Positions 53,816 through 64,000 are shown, counted from the stretch's first letter. The stretch: DNA of 64,000 bases from Promethearchaeota archaeon (GCA_048940645.1 JBHLOI010000004.1:27966-91965); one strand, 5' to 3'. Numbers and translations are program-made. Notes: generated by a model not told the origin, from the sequence alone.

Positions 53816-54649
53816 ATGAATTTTGAACATTTAATTTATGAAGAAAAAGAACAAGTAGCATATATAACTCTAAATCGACCTAAAGTTTTGAATGCCTTAA
53901 GTATCAAACTTTCTGACGAAATTGTAAATATAATTGAACTAGTGCGTCAATCTACCAAAATAAAATTTTTAGTAATTAAAGGAGCTGGAAACAATTTTTG
54001 TGTAGGTGATGACATTACTGAAATGATGAAATGGGGTGATGCAAATGATATTACTAGAAGAGCTAGGTATTATCAAAATATGGCGAATCAACTTGAGGAA
54101 TTAGATAAAATTACAATTTGCGCTGTAGATGGATATGCTGTTGGTGGTGGTTTAGAAATAACTATGGCTTGTGATTTTGTTATTGCCACAGAGCGAGCTA
54201 AATGGGGAATGCCTGAGGTAGATGTAGGAATCACTCCAGGTTGGGGTGGAACTACTAGACTTGCACGTTTAATCGGAAGACGTAGGGCAAAAGAAATAAA
54301 CCTTATTGGAGCTTTACATACTGCAAAACGTGCTGTCGAGTGGAATCTCTGGAATCGAGTAGTTCCAAATGATAAACTTGATGCTGAAGTAGATAAATTA
54401 CTAGATGTGCTTAAATCTAAAAATCAACAGGGATTAAGGCAATTAAAGTTTATAATAAACCGAGGAGTTGAGTGTGACCTTTATACTGCTCAAGGATTTG
54501 AAGCTTTATCAGCCGCCCTTACTGGTGCTGTAAGCGGTATGTGGAAAATAAAAGATGCAGACCAAGGTTTGGGGATTTTGGCTTTCTCTAAAAAAAATGA
54601 ATTATGGGAAAAAAGAAGAAGTTTAGCGAGACATTTTTGGGTTGACTAA
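53816..54649 (+). CDS. Enoyl-CoA hydratase/isomerase family protein
   Basis: It reads VAYITLNRPKVLNAL, FCVGDDI, VDGYAVGGGLEITMACD and GITPGWGGTTRL. Confidence 0.85.
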   Translation: MNFEHLIYEEKEQVAYITLNRPKVLNALSIKLSDEIVNIIELVRQSTKIKFLVIKGAGNNFCVGDDITEMMKWGDANDITRRARYYQNMANQLEELDKITICAVDGYAVGGGLEITMACDFVIATERAKWGMPEVDVGITPGWGGTTRLARLIGRRRAKEINLIGALHTAKRAVEWNLWNRVVPNDKLDAEVDKLLDVLKSKNQQGLRQLKFIINRGVECDLYTAQGFEALSAALTGAVSGMWKIKDADQGLGILAFSKKNELWEKRRSLARHFWVD

Positions 54650-54875
54650 ACAAAAAGATTATAATTTCACCAATTATTAATAATAATTTTTATTTTCTAT
54701 AGAAGTGATTGTTATACATTAGGATAACTTCTATCCACCAATTAGTAAAAATTAAGAAATAAGTGTTTTTTTAAAATTTGCAGGAAAAAAAAACAATGAC
54801 CCGAAATTGACAAAAAAAATTCTATAAAAATATAAATTAGAAGTAAATTATCATCATATTCATAATTTTATTGAT

Positions 54876-55046
54876 TTACTCTTTAATTACCCCTTGATGC
54901 TTCTCATAATCTTCTTTAGTGATATCCCTAAGACTATCTTTTTTACCGCAGTTTTCACAATATACTCTTTCCATATTAGAAAACTCTCCGCAATTAGTAC
55001 AAATATATGGATATGATTTCTTAAATGTTTTCCATTTAACCTTCAT
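54876..55046 (-). CDS. Small zinc-ribbon protein (56 aa)
   Basis: The peptide is MKVKWKTFKKSYPYICTNCGEFSNMERVYCENCGKKDSLRDITKEDYEKHQGVIKE, with two CxxC pairs. I prefer it over the low-complexity plus-strand ORF at 54919..55125. Confidence 0.35.
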   Translation of the reverse strand: MKVKWKTFKKSYPYICTNCGEFSNMERVYCENCGKKDSLRDITKEDYEKHQGVIKE

Positions 55047-55404
55047 TTTTCTTCTCTTCTTTCCTAATCATTATCTTATATTATTTAACTATATTATTAA
55101 ATCTATAAAAATTGTAAAAACTTAAAAGTTCTATTATATTTCTATAATATTTTAATTATAGAACCATAATTCCAAAATAATAATCAAAAAGAGGAATCAA
55201 ACTAATTCTGTTTTGTTACTGTTTAATTGAAAACACTAATCGATTAAAAGTTTATTAATTTTAAATTAAAAAATATATTTTAAAATTCTAAATACAATTT
55301 TTTAAGATATATCTATATAAGTATTAATTTTAATCAAAAAGTAACTTTATGCGCATTATTATTTAAAATCGAAACCTTTAAATACTTATTTCAACATATA
55401 GTAA

Positions 55405-55442
55405 TTGACAATCATTAGTTGACAATAAAAATTAATTGACAA
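55405..55442 (+). promoter_or_regulatory. Three direct copies of TTGACAA(T/A) between a TATA-like box and the grpE start
   Basis: TTGACAA occurs at 55405, 55419 and 55436, with spacings of 14 and 17 nt. TTTAAATA at 55377..55384 is a plausible TATA box. The grpE start is at 55450/55459. Confidence 0.4.
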
Positions 55443-55449
55443 AAATAAA

Positions 55450-56133
55450 TTGAAAAAAATGGTATTTGAAGATTTTTATGATGGATTTTTCAATGCTCGG
55501 AGGTCATTAGAGGACCCTTATAGCAAGATTACAATATCTAAAGCCGAATATAGGCAATTGAGAGAAATTGCTGAAAAATATGAGACTTTAGTTGAGAAAT
55601 TTAAAGATATCGAAGCTAAAAAATCAGAATTACACAAACAACTTGAGGAAATGAGAGATGATGGTAGAAAGCTTAAAGATTTAGAGGAGAAGACAGAAAA
55701 ATATTTAAATTCACTCGTAAGAGTGCAAGCTGATTTCGAAAATTATAAGAAATCAAATCATCGTGAAAATGAAAGGTACAAGATGAGAATAAAGGAAGAA
55801 ATACTAAAAAAATTGATTATACATTATGAAGATTTACAACGGGCATTAAAAATCTTAGAGACTTTAGAAAACATTGAGCATGTAAAAAAAGGGTTTAAGA
55901 TGATTATAAAGAACTTTGAAAAATTTCTCGAAGAAGAGGGAGTAAGAGAGATGAAATGTGAAGGCCAGAAATTTGATCCTTATAAACATGAAGCTCTTAT
56001 GGTTGAAGAGAACGATAATCTCCCTGAAAATACTATTATTGAAGAATTAGATAAAGGTTATTATTTTAATAACACTATATTGAAACCCGCAGGGGTTAAA
56101 GTATCAAAATTAAAATTTAATACAAAAAATTAA
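55450..56133 (+). CDS. grpE: Nucleotide exchange factor GrpE
   Basis: It has a coiled-coil N-terminus followed by RVQADFENYKK, GFKMI...F...L...GV..., G.KFDP..HEA and V.E....GY.....ILKPA.V.V. The start is TTG 55450 or ATG 55459. Confidence 0.9.
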   Translation: MKKMVFEDFYDGFFNARRSLEDPYSKITISKAEYRQLREIAEKYETLVEKFKDIEAKKSELHKQLEEMRDDGRKLKDLEEKTEKYLNSLVRVQADFENYKKSNHRENERYKMRIKEEILKKLIIHYEDLQRALKILETLENIEHVKKGFKMIIKNFEKFLEEEGVREMKCEGQKFDPYKHEALMVEENDNLPENTIIEELDKGYYFNNTILKPAGVKVSKLKFNTKN

Positions 56134-56160
56134 AAAAAAAAAAGAAAAAAGTGAAGAAAT

Positions 56161-58047
56161 ATGGGAAAAATAATTGGTATCGATTTAGGAACTTCAAATT
56201 CTGCTGCTGCCGTATTGATTGGTGGTAAACCAACCATTATTCCTAGTGCAGAAGGTAATACATTAGGGGGTAAAGCATTCCCCTCAGTCGTAGCATTTAC
56301 GAAAGATGGACAGAGATTAGTCGGTGAGCCAGCACGAAGACAAGCTATTTCAAATCCAGATCGAACTATAACAGCTATTAAACGTAAAATGGGCACTTCT
56401 TACAAGGTGACAATTGATAAAAAGGATTATACCCCACAGGAAATTTCAGCAATGATTTTAAGAAAGATCAAAGAAGATGCTAGCGCTTATTTAGGTGAAG
56501 AAGTGACTGAGGCAATAATTACTGTTCCAGCTTACTTTAATGATAATCAAAGACAAGCTACGAAAGATGCGGGAAGGATCGCGGGATTGAACGTTAAGCG
56601 TTTAATCAACGAACCCACTGCCGCTGCCGTCGCTTATGGATTAGATAAGAAAGACGCTAGATTAAAAATTGCTGTTTTAGATCTTGGTGGAGGTACTTTT
56701 GATGTCACTATAATGGAAATGGATAATCATGTATTCGAAGTTATTTCCACAGCTGGAGATACTCAACTTGGTGGTACAGATATGGATAGAATTCTTGTTG
56801 ATTACATAATTGATGAGTTTAAAGCCAAAGAAGGTGTTGAATTGAGAAAAGATTCAATGGCAATGCAAAGAATAAGAGAAGCTGCAGAACAAGCTAAAAT
56901 TGAGTTATCAACCTCAATTACAACTGATATAAATCTACCGTACATTACAGCTACAGATTCAGGCCCTAAACATCTTAATTTGTCAATTACAAGAGCAAAG
57001 TTAGAACAATTGATAGAACCTGTTTTGAAAAGATTAGAAGCTCCAATTATCAAAGCTCTGAACGATGCAAATCTCAAGAAAGGTGAAGTTGATAAAGTAA
57101 TATTAGTAGGTGGACCCACAAGAATGCCAAGTATTCAAGAGAAGTTTGAGAAATTCTTAGGTAGAACACCAGAAAGAAGTATTGATCCTATGGAATGTGT
57201 TGCTATTGGTGCTTCAATTCAAGGTGGAGTTTTAACTGGTGAAGTCAAAGATTTGCTACTTTTAGATGTGACTCCATTATCTTTAGGAGTTGAAACATTA
57301 GGTGGTGTTTTTACCAAATTAATTGAAAGAAATACTACGATTCCAACTAAAAAAACTGAAATTTTTAGTACAGCTGCTGATAATCAACCTGCAGTGGAAA
57401 TTCATGTTTTACAAGGAGAGAGACCTAGAGCTGCAGATAACATAACATTAGGTAAGTTTCATTTGACCGGAATTCCTCCAGCACCAAGGGGTATGCCTCA
57501 AATCGAAGTTACTTTTGATATAGATCAAAATGGTATCTTAAATGTATCTGCAAAAGATAAAGGAACGGGAAAAAGTCAAAGTATAACTATTACTGCTTCA
57601 ACAAAAATGTCTGAAGATGATATCGAACAAAAAATAAGAGAAGCGGAGCGAAATGCTGAAGAGGATAGGAAGTTCAAAGAACTAACTGAAGCTAAAAATC
57701 AAGCAGAAGCTCTGATATATCAAACAGAGAAACTTATTAAAGAAAACGAGGCTGGAATCGGAGATTTGAAATCAATGATTCTCGAAAAAATTTCAGATTT
57801 ACGAAGTGCTATGGAATCAGATGATCTCCCCAGAATTAAAAGCGCAACAGAAGCTTTGCAAAGTTCATTACATGAGGTTTCAGCTCGTATTTATGGGCAA
57901 CAACAAGCTGCATATCAAGGAGCCCCACCTGGAGGTATGGGTGGAGCAAATCCAGGATCTCAGGGAAAAACTCAAGACGAAATCGAAGAAGAGCAATTTA
58001 GACGTGCTACTGGGCAAGATAATGTTGTAGATGCAGAATATGAATAA
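56161..58047 (+). CDS. dnaK: Hsp70 chaperone DnaK
   Basis: It has [30 protein letters not shown] and the C-terminal lid. Confidence 0.97.
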   Translation: MGKIIGIDLGTSNSAAAVLIGGKPTIIPSAEGNTLGGKAFPSVVAFTKDGQRLVGEPARRQAISNPDRTITAIKRKMGTSYKVTIDKKDYTPQEISAMILRKIKEDASAYLGEEVTEAIITVPAYFNDNQRQATKDAGRIAGLNVKRLINEPTAAAVAYGLDKKDARLKIAVLDLGGGTFDVTIMEMDNHVFEVISTAGDTQLGGTDMDRILVDYIIDEFKAKEGVELRKDSMAMQRIREAAEQAKIELSTSITTDINLPYITATDSGPKHLNLSITRAKLEQLIEPVLKRLEAPIIKALNDANLKKGEVDKVILVGGPTRMPSIQEKFEKFLGRTPERSIDPMECVAIGASIQGGVLTGEVKDLLLLDVTPLSLGVETLGGVFTKLIERNTTIPTKKTEIFSTAADNQPAVEIHVLQGERPRAADNITLGKFHLTGIPPAPRGMPQIEVTFDIDQNGILNVSAKDKGTGKSQSITITASTKMSEDDIEQKIREAERNAEEDRKFKELTEAKNQAEALIYQTEKLIKENEAGIGDLKSMILEKISDLRSAMESDDLPRIKSATEALQSSLHEVSARIYGQQQAAYQGAPPGGMGGANPGSQGKTQDEIEEEQFRRATGQDNVVDAEYE

Positions 58048-58126
58048 TTCCATTTTTTTTAATTTTATTTTTTATTTTATATTAATTCACGATTATTATG
58101 ATAATTATTAAATAAAGGGGTTAAAA

Positions 58127-59140
58127 ATGGCTAAAGATTATTATAAAATTTTAGGTATCCCAAAAAAGGCTACAAAAGAAGAAATAAAAAGAGCATTTCG
58201 AAAAATGGCTCGGAAGTATCACCCAGATGTAAATCCAGATGAGCCAAAATCAGGTGAAACTTTCAAAGAAATAAACGAGGCTTATAGTATTTTAAGTGAT
58301 GACAAAAAGAGGGAAATGTATGATAAGTTTGGTGTAGTAGATGGAGATCCTTCAACATTCCAACAATGGGGACAGGGATTTCCTGGAGGAGGAAGAACAT
58401 ATAGAAGTCCAGATGGAAGCACAACTTATTACTATTCAAACTCGGGTAACCCTGGAGGATTTGATTTTAGTGAAATCTTTGGAAATAATAAATCTTCAAA
58501 TGGGAGATTTGGAGGATTTGATTTTTTCAATGATTTAGGAGATATTTTTGATGTATTTACGAAAAGAGGTACTGGTAGTACGAGAGCTCGTGCCCCATCA
58601 TATAATTATCCAAGAGAAGGAGATGATCTACGATATGATATGGAGATTGAGTTTATGGATGCTTTTTATGGAGGGAAAAAGAAGATTCAATATAAAGATC
58701 CAAAAGCTGGCCAAATGAAGACCTTAACAGTCAATATACCTAAAGGTATTAGGGATGACCAAAAATTAAGATTAAAGGGAAAAGGAATGCCTGGAGAAAA
58801 TGGAGGTTCTCCTGGAGATTTGTATATTGCAGTTCACATAAAGGAACATCCTCTTTTTGAAAGAAAAGGTGATGATCTTTATATAGAACGTGAGATCCCT
58901 TTCTCAGTTGCAAGTTTGGGAGGAAAAACTCAAGTTCCTGGTATTGAAAAAACATTAAATGTAACAATACCTCCTGGAACAAGCGATTCATCTACACTAA
59001 GATTGAAAAATCAAGGATTTTTCAAAATTAATTCAAATGAAAGAGGAAATTTATTAATTAGAATAAAAATTAAGATTCCTGAAAAATTGAGTAAAACCCA
59101 AAAACAATTAATTGAACAATTAAGAGCAGCCGGATTATAA
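58127..59140 (+). CDS. dnaJ: J-domain co-chaperone, class B (CbpA-like): no zinc-finger domain
   Basis: It has a J domain ([33 protein letters not shown]), a G/F-rich linker and two C-terminal beta domains. None of the four CxxCxGxG motifs of class A DnaJ are present. Confidence 0.85.
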   Translation: MAKDYYKILGIPKKATKEEIKRAFRKMARKYHPDVNPDEPKSGETFKEINEAYSILSDDKKREMYDKFGVVDGDPSTFQQWGQGFPGGGRTYRSPDGSTTYYYSNSGNPGGFDFSEIFGNNKSSNGRFGGFDFFNDLGDIFDVFTKRGTGSTRARAPSYNYPREGDDLRYDMEIEFMDAFYGGKKKIQYKDPKAGQMKTLTVNIPKGIRDDQKLRLKGKGMPGENGGSPGDLYIAVHIKEHPLFERKGDDLYIEREIPFSVASLGGKTQVPGIEKTLNVTIPPGTSDSSTLRLKNQGFFKINSNERGNLLIRIKIKIPEKLSKTQKQLIEQLRAAGL

Positions 59141-59159
59141 AGAGGTGGGAAAAAAAGTG

Positions 59160-61775
59160 ATGAAATTCGATAAATTTACGATAAAAGTTCAAGAGGCTCT
59201 TATGGCTGCAAGATCATTAGCTCAAACTAATGATAATCAGCAAATTGAACCAATTCATTTACTAATCTCTTTAATAGAGCAACAAGATGGTGTTACTACT
59301 CCATTACTACAGAAATTAGGGATAAATATCTCAAATTTATTACACAATTTGAATGAAGATTTAGAAAAATTACCGAAGGTGACTGGATCAGGAGCAACTG
59401 ATGTAGTTTTATCGCGAAATTCTGGAAAATTATTTGATAATGCGTGGAAAGAAGCTGAATCTATGAAAGATCAATTCCTAAGTACAGAACATTTAATTTT
59501 AGCTATGTCTAAAGACCAAGCTTTACCTATTTATTCTATTTTAAAAAAATTTGGAATAACTAGCGATAGAATTTTACAAGCATTAACTTCCATACGAGGA
59601 AGCCAAACTATTACGGATCAAGATCCAGAGGGGAAATATCAAGCAATTGAAAAATACAGTCGCAATCTTACGGATTTAGCGAGAAGGGGGAAAATTGATC
59701 CCGTTATTGGAAGAGATGATGAAATAAGAAGAGTAATGCATATCCTCTCAAGAAGAACCAAAAACAATCCCGTTTTAATAGGAGAAGCTGGTGTCGGAAA
59801 AACTGCAATTGTTGAAGGATTAGCGCAACGTATTGCTAATGATGATGTTCCAGAATCTTTAAAGAATAAAGATATAATTGCAATGGATTTAGCTGCAATG
59901 GTTGCGGGTGCTAAGTATCGCGGGGAATTTGAAGATCGTTTAAAAGCATTTCTTAAAGAAGTAGAAAAGGGAGCAGGAAAATATGTATTATTTATTGATG
60001 AATTACATACTTTAGTCGGGGCAGGTGCGGCTCAAGGGGCTATTGATGCGTCAAATATGTTAAAGCCCGCATTAGCAAGAGGAGAATTACGGGCGATTGG
60101 AGCAACTACCATAGATGAATATAGGAAGTATATAGAAAAAGATGCTGCATTAACACGAAGATTTCAGACTGTATTTGTAGAAGAACCTAATGTAGAAGAT
60201 TCAATAGCCATTTTGAGGGGATTAAAAGAGAAGTATGAAATCCATCATGGAGTAAGAATAACTGATTCAGCAATTATAGCAGCTGTTATGTTATCACATA
60301 GGTATATTGCTGATCGTTTTTTACCAGATAAGGCTATTGACCTAATGGATGAGGCTGCATCAAGATTGCGAATTGAGATAGATAGTATGCCAACGGAAAT
60401 AGATGAAATAGAACGAAAGATTATTCAATTAGAAATTCAAAAAGAGGCTTTAAAAAAAGAGAATGCTAAATCGATAAAAGAAAAAATGGAGAAATTGGAT
60501 GAGGAACTGCATAATCTTCGAGAAGAAAGCGATAAGTTAAAAATTCAATGGAATAACGAAAAAAATTTCATATCAAAAATCAATGAAATTAAAAAGAAAA
60601 TGGAAGAAACTAAAATTGAAGCTGAAAGAGCTGAAAAACGAGGAGATCTTGAAAAAGCTGCGGAATTAACTTATGGAGTTTTAAACCAACTAAAAAAAGA
60701 TTTAGTACAATATAATTCTGAGTTAAATGAGATTCAAGAAAATAAAACAATGTTAAAGCAAGAGGTTGATGAAGAAGATATCGCAAAAATTGTTTCACAA
60801 TGGACAGGAATTCCTGTTTCAAGAATGTTAGAAGGTGAGCGTGATAAATTATTAAAAATGGAGGATCGTTTGGGGAAGAGAGTAATTGGTCAAGATGAAG
60901 CATTGAATATAATTTCAAATGCTATTAGAAGGGCTAGAGCTGGAATTCAAGACCCAAATAGACCAATTGGGACATTTATTTTTATGGGGCCTACTGGAGT
61001 AGGGAAAACCGAGACTGCAAAAGCATTAGCCGAATTTCTATTTGATGATGAAAATGCCATGGTAAGAATTGATATGTCAGAATTTATGGAAAAACATAGT
61101 GTAGCTAGATTAATAGGAGCTCCTCCTGGTTATGTGGGATTTGAAGAAGGAGGATATTTAACAGAAGCAGTAAGAAGGAGACCTTACTCAGTAATTTTAT
61201 TTGATGAAATTGAAAAAGCACATCTAGAAGTTTTTAACATTCTTCTACAAATTATGGATGATGGAAGATTGACAGATGGTCATGGAAGGACTGTTGATTT
61301 TAAGAATACTATAATTATTATGACTAGTAATATCGGTAGTCAATACATCCTCGAATCAAGAAAGGAAGATAAAGAAAAGAATAGAGAATTAATATTGAAT
61401 ACTCTAAAAAATTACTTCAGACCAGAATTCTTAAATAGAGTTGATGAAATAGTCATGTTTAACTTTTTAGAAGAAGAACAAATTAAGTTAATTGTAGATA
61501 TACAAATCAGGAATCTAAATAAAGTTCTCTCGGAGCATAAGATTCAAATAGAATTATCAGATGCAGCAAAAGGAGTGCTCGCTAAAAAGGGATTTGATCC
61601 TGATTATGGAGCAAGACCTCTAAAAAGAGCAATTCAAAATTTAATTCAGAATCCATTATCACTCAAGATTTTAGAAGGAGACATAATTGATGAAGATCTT
61701 ATTAAAGTTGATTTAAATAAAAATGAAAATTTTGTTTTTAAAAAAGTAGGTAAAATTTCGAGGGATTTATCATAA
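59160..61775 (+). CDS. clpB: AAA+ disaggregase ClpB
   Basis: ATG 59160 gives [14 protein letters not shown].., which aligns with ClpB N-termini. The track's GTG 59145 lies 5 codons upstream. It has two AAA modules (GEAGVGKTA; GPTGVGKTE) and a long middle coiled coil. Confidence 0.95.
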   Translation: MKFDKFTIKVQEALMAARSLAQTNDNQQIEPIHLLISLIEQQDGVTTPLLQKLGINISNLLHNLNEDLEKLPKVTGSGATDVVLSRNSGKLFDNAWKEAESMKDQFLSTEHLILAMSKDQALPIYSILKKFGITSDRILQALTSIRGSQTITDQDPEGKYQAIEKYSRNLTDLARRGKIDPVIGRDDEIRRVMHILSRRTKNNPVLIGEAGVGKTAIVEGLAQRIANDDVPESLKNKDIIAMDLAAMVAGAKYRGEFEDRLKAFLKEVEKGAGKYVLFIDELHTLVGAGAAQGAIDASNMLKPALARGELRAIGATTIDEYRKYIEKDAALTRRFQTVFVEEPNVEDSIAILRGLKEKYEIHHGVRITDSAIIAAVMLSHRYIADRFLPDKAIDLMDEAASRLRIEIDSMPTEIDEIERKIIQLEIQKEALKKENAKSIKEKMEKLDEELHNLREESDKLKIQWNNEKNFISKINEIKKKMEETKIEAERAEKRGDLEKAAELTYGVLNQLKKDLVQYNSELNEIQENKTMLKQEVDEEDIAKIVSQWTGIPVSRMLEGERDKLLKMEDRLGKRVIGQDEALNIISNAIRRARAGIQDPNRPIGTFIFMGPTGVGKTETAKALAEFLFDDENAMVRIDMSEFMEKHSVARLIGAPPGYVGFEEGGYLTEAVRRRPYSVILFDEIEKAHLEVFNILLQIMDDGRLTDGHGRTVDFKNTIIIMTSNIGSQYILESRKEDKEKNRELILNTLKNYFRPEFLNRVDEIVMFNFLEEEQIKLIVDIQIRNLNKVLSEHKIQIELSDAAKGVLAKKGFDPDYGARPLKRAIQNLIQNPLSLKILEGDIIDEDLIKVDLNKNENFVFKKVGKISRDLS

Positions 61776-61784
61776 TAAATGTAA

Positions 61785-61820
61785 TTTTTTTTGTTATTTT
61801 TTATAATTTTTTTTATAAAA
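61785..61820 (+). terminator. Oligo-T tracts after clpB
   Basis: A T8 run at 61785..61792 and further T6-T8 runs lie before the tfb RBS. Confidence 0.4.
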
Positions 61821-61839
61821 TAATTAAGGTGATGTTTTA

Positions 61840-62727
61840 ATGAATGTTGTTTATAATTTGAATAAAACTATCAATTTATGCCCTGAATGTGGGGGTAATA
61901 TTATTTCACTCCAGGAAACTGGAGATGTTGTTTGTAATCAATGTGGATTAGTTATGCAAGAAAAAAATGTTGATTTTTCTCATAGTGGAAGAAGAGCTTA
62001 TAGTAATGAAGAAAAATCTAAAAGGGAAAGAACTGGTTCGCCAATCTCAAGCCTTGTCCCAGATATTGGATTAACCACTACTATAGATAAAAAAAAAATA
62101 GAAAATCCTGATTTAAAAAGAGCAGCGAAATGGGATACAAGAATACCTTGGAAAAAGCGGAATATACTAATTGCCACCACAGAACTTAAAAGAATTAGTA
62201 CGAATTTGAATTTACCAAATCATGTAAAGGAAGAAGCAATGCGCCTTTATAGGGAGGTATTCAAGCAAAATTTACTTCGGGGTAGATCAATAAACTCAAT
62301 GATTGCTGCTTGTTTATATTATGCAATTAGAAAATATAGATTATCTAGAACCCTGCATGAAATCTTAGAGGAAACTGCTGAAAAAGATAAAGATGTTAGA
62401 CGATGTTATAGAGTGTTAATTAGAGAATTAAATTTGAAAGCGCCAAATACTAAACCAAGTGCTCTTATTCCAAGATATATTGCTGAATTAGGGTTATCTT
62501 CAGAAATTGAAAATTTAGCCACAAAAATAGTAAAAACTTTTATTTCCAATTTTTCTAGCAGTGGAAAAGATCCGAAGGGGATAGTTGGTGGAGCTATTTA
62601 TCTAGCATGTAAAATAAAGAATAAGGGTTATACCCAGAAACAAATCGCTGATTCAATTGGGGTGACTGAGGTAACCCTTCGTTCAAGATATAAAGAATTA
62701 AGGCAAAAACTTAAAATTTCTATATAA
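61840..62727 (+). CDS. tfb: Transcription initiation factor B (TFB/TFIIB)
   Basis: It has an N-terminal zinc ribbon CPECGG..(13)..CNQCG, a B-reader/linker and two cyclin folds (RGRSINSMIAACLYYAIR; KGIVGGAIYLACK), and ends with the HTH IADSIGVTEVTLRSRYKEL. Confidence 0.9.
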   Translation: MNVVYNLNKTINLCPECGGNIISLQETGDVVCNQCGLVMQEKNVDFSHSGRRAYSNEEKSKRERTGSPISSLVPDIGLTTTIDKKKIENPDLKRAAKWDTRIPWKKRNILIATTELKRISTNLNLPNHVKEEAMRLYREVFKQNLLRGRSINSMIAACLYYAIRKYRLSRTLHEILEETAEKDKDVRRCYRVLIRELNLKAPNTKPSALIPRYIAELGLSSEIENLATKIVKTFISNFSSSGKDPKGIVGGAIYLACKIKNKGYTQKQIADSIGVTEVTLRSRYKELRQKLKISI

Positions 62728-62787
62728 AAATATCAATTTTCTTTTTTTAATTATTATATTGTTTCAATATCATTTTTAAAATATATT

Positions 62788-63717
62788 CTATAGATAAGAT
62801 TTAAACCTAGGGAAAAGTAATAAGGCATTTTCTTGTTCAATAGCTAAACGTGTCTCTTCGTTAAATTCTTTATAGTTTTTAATTCCTTGAATCATTTCTT
62901 TTATCTTTATTTCATGCACAAAAGGAAAATCACTCCCAAAAAGAATATGTGAAGGATTCACCAATTCAATGATGGATCGAAAAACATTCCTTGTTGCTGT
63001 TAATGCTGTACCATAATAGAGTTCCTTGAATTGTTTCATTAATCTTTTATTTCCAAAAGTGATTCGCCATGCGATATAGGGCGCTGTTCCTCCTGCATGG
63101 GCAAAAACAAATTTAATGTTAGGATACTTTTTGAAAATGCCTTGATGCATAAGATTTGAAATTGCTCGTGTTGTATCAAAAACAAATTCTAAAACAGATG
63201 ATGGTAATTTAAGATTAGGTAATTTTTCTTCAGGAGGAATATCTGGATGAATGAACACTACTGTATTTCGCCGATTCAGCTCTAAAAAGAGATCATCAAA
63301 TTCAGGATCCCCAATATATTTACCATTGAAATTTGTGAGCATTACAACCCCATCCAATTTTAATGTATCTAAAGCATACTTCAACTCTCGTAGCGAAGCC
63401 TGAAAATCAGGAATAGGTAAGGTGGCAAAACCTCCAAAACGCTCAGGATACTTTTTTATTAAGCTGGCTGAATATTCATTACAAAGGCGCGCAAGATTTC
63501 TTGTAAATTCGAGATCTCCAAAATATATTCCTGGAGAAGATATGGAGGTTATTGCAATTGCAATACCTTGACGATCCATTAACTCAAGGCTATGCTTTGG
63601 ATCCCATTTAGGGAAAGGTAAATTAGTGACAGTAGAAATCCCAATATTAGCTAAGGATTTTAAATATTCCGGAGGGAGAATATGATGATGAATATCAATT
63701 CGATGTGATTTTATCAT
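62788..63717 (-). CDS. Amidohydrolase-2 (ACMSD/metal-dependent decarboxylase-like) family protein
   Basis: It begins IDIHHHILP and continues with ...IHPD..., FAHAGG and FGSDFPF. Confidence 0.75.
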   Translation of the reverse strand: MIKSHRIDIHHHILPPEYLKSLANIGISTVTNLPFPKWDPKHSLELMDRQGIAIAITSISSPGIYFGDLEFTRNLARLCNEYSASLIKKYPERFGGFATLPIPDFQASLRELKYALDTLKLDGVVMLTNFNGKYIGDPEFDDLFLELNRRNTVVFIHPDIPPEEKLPNLKLPSSVLEFVFDTTRAISNLMHQGIFKKYPNIKFVFAHAGGTAPYIAWRITFGNKRLMKQFKELYYGTALTATRNVFRSIIELVNPSHILFGSDFPFVHEIKIKEMIQGIKNYKEFNEETRLAIEQENALLLFPRFKSYL

Positions 63718-63818
63718 AATTACAAAATTATTTTTAATCTAAACTTAACTCTTCAATTTTTAAGTTTTTTTATACTGATATTATATAATTAGTTTTAACA
63801 ATTTAAAAAGTGATAATC

Positions 63819-64000
63819 ATGCTTTCGTTTGAAGAATTAGGGCTTTCAAATACAAATAAAATGTTTAAAGTAGCCTTGGAAAGGAAATTCGCTATACCTG
63901 GATATAATGCAAGCAATCTTGAGCAATTACAAGGAATTATTATTGGTTGTGGAGATTCAAATTCACCGGTCATCATTCAGATTACCCAAACTTCTTTAAA
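63819..64000 (+). CDS. Class II fructose/tagatose-bisphosphate aldolase, N-terminal fragment (runs off window end)
   Basis: It reads KMFKVALERKFAIPGYNASNLEQLQGIIIGCGDSNSPVIIQ, matching the class II aldolase N-terminal pattern (A...g.A.p.fN.....l.a......e..sPvI.q). Confidence 0.6.
   Translation, partial: MLSFEELGLSNTNKMFKVALERKFAIPGYNASNLEQLQGIIIGCGDSNSPVIIQITQTSL

Noticed and set aside
54919-55125. 68-aa plus-strand ORF (MISLRLSFLPQFSQY...)
   Set aside because: It is a hydrophobic, low-complexity peptide antisense to a minus-strand ORF that has two CxxC pairs and a cleaner start. I preferred the zinc-ribbon ORF, though neither is certain.
55160-55200. Imperfect inverted repeat GTTCTAT...ATAGAAC in the long spacer upstream of grpE
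   Set aside because: It has only 7 matching bp with a ~24-nt AT-rich spacer. That is expected by chance at this base composition.
55405-55442. TTGACA repeats read as bacterial sigma-70 -35 boxes, given the bacterial origin of dnaK loci
   Set aside because: The host is archaeal (TFB, Lokiactin), so sigma-70 promoter logic does not apply. No matching -10 element lies at 17 nt spacing for all three copies. I kept them as candidate regulator sites instead.
1-64000. Search for CRISPR arrays, rRNA/tRNA genes, IS elements, integrases or prophage genes
   Set aside because: I saw no regularly spaced repeats, no long GC-rich structured segments, and no transposase, integrase or Cas-like ORFs in any frame. 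Absence is judged by eye only.

Overview
This is a very AT-rich, densely coding, archaeal window. It encodes a TFB and a eukaryote-like actin at 17579..18715 that matches the Lokiactin type, so the source is most likely a Lokiarchaeial (Asgard) genome. I found no rRNA, tRNA, CRISPR array or recognisable mobile element.

Gene content, in order:
- **1..5617:** an arsenic-type island with a partial ArsR, DUF166, ACR3, a SAM-methyltransferase::HgcA-like fusion, an HgcB-like ferredoxin, two small ORFs and an LMW-PTP ArsC.
- **6862..13633:** a LivJHMGF-type amino-acid ABC importer followed by a membrane-inserted HEAT-repeat protein.
- **13720..16077:** an acyl-CoA ligase and an HD hydrolase.
- **16316..18715:** the actin gene, followed on the same strand by a TrmB-type regulator with a profilin-like N-terminal domain.
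- **20903..30590:** a tightly packed minus-strand block made of an ABC-2 exporter, PadR, two papain-like BtrH_N/DUF4872 paralogs, an alpha/alpha-toroid protein, DUF3795, a methyltransferase and a class-II UvrA.
- **38988..45260:** an acyl-CoA oxidation and ADP-forming acyl-CoA synthetase cluster that includes an SCP2 protein.
- **47680..53112:** KARI, tungsten-type AOR and pyruvate kinase.
- **55450..62727:** grpE-dnaK-dnaJ-clpB, followed by tfb.

The best candidates for something undescribed:
1. The methyltransferase-HgcA/HgcB module inside the ars island.
2. The profilin-like::TrmB regulator apparently co-transcribed with actin.
3. The PadR / DrrAB-like / UvrA2 / BtrH_N operon.

All family calls come from reading motifs by eye. 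No database search or structure prediction was run.
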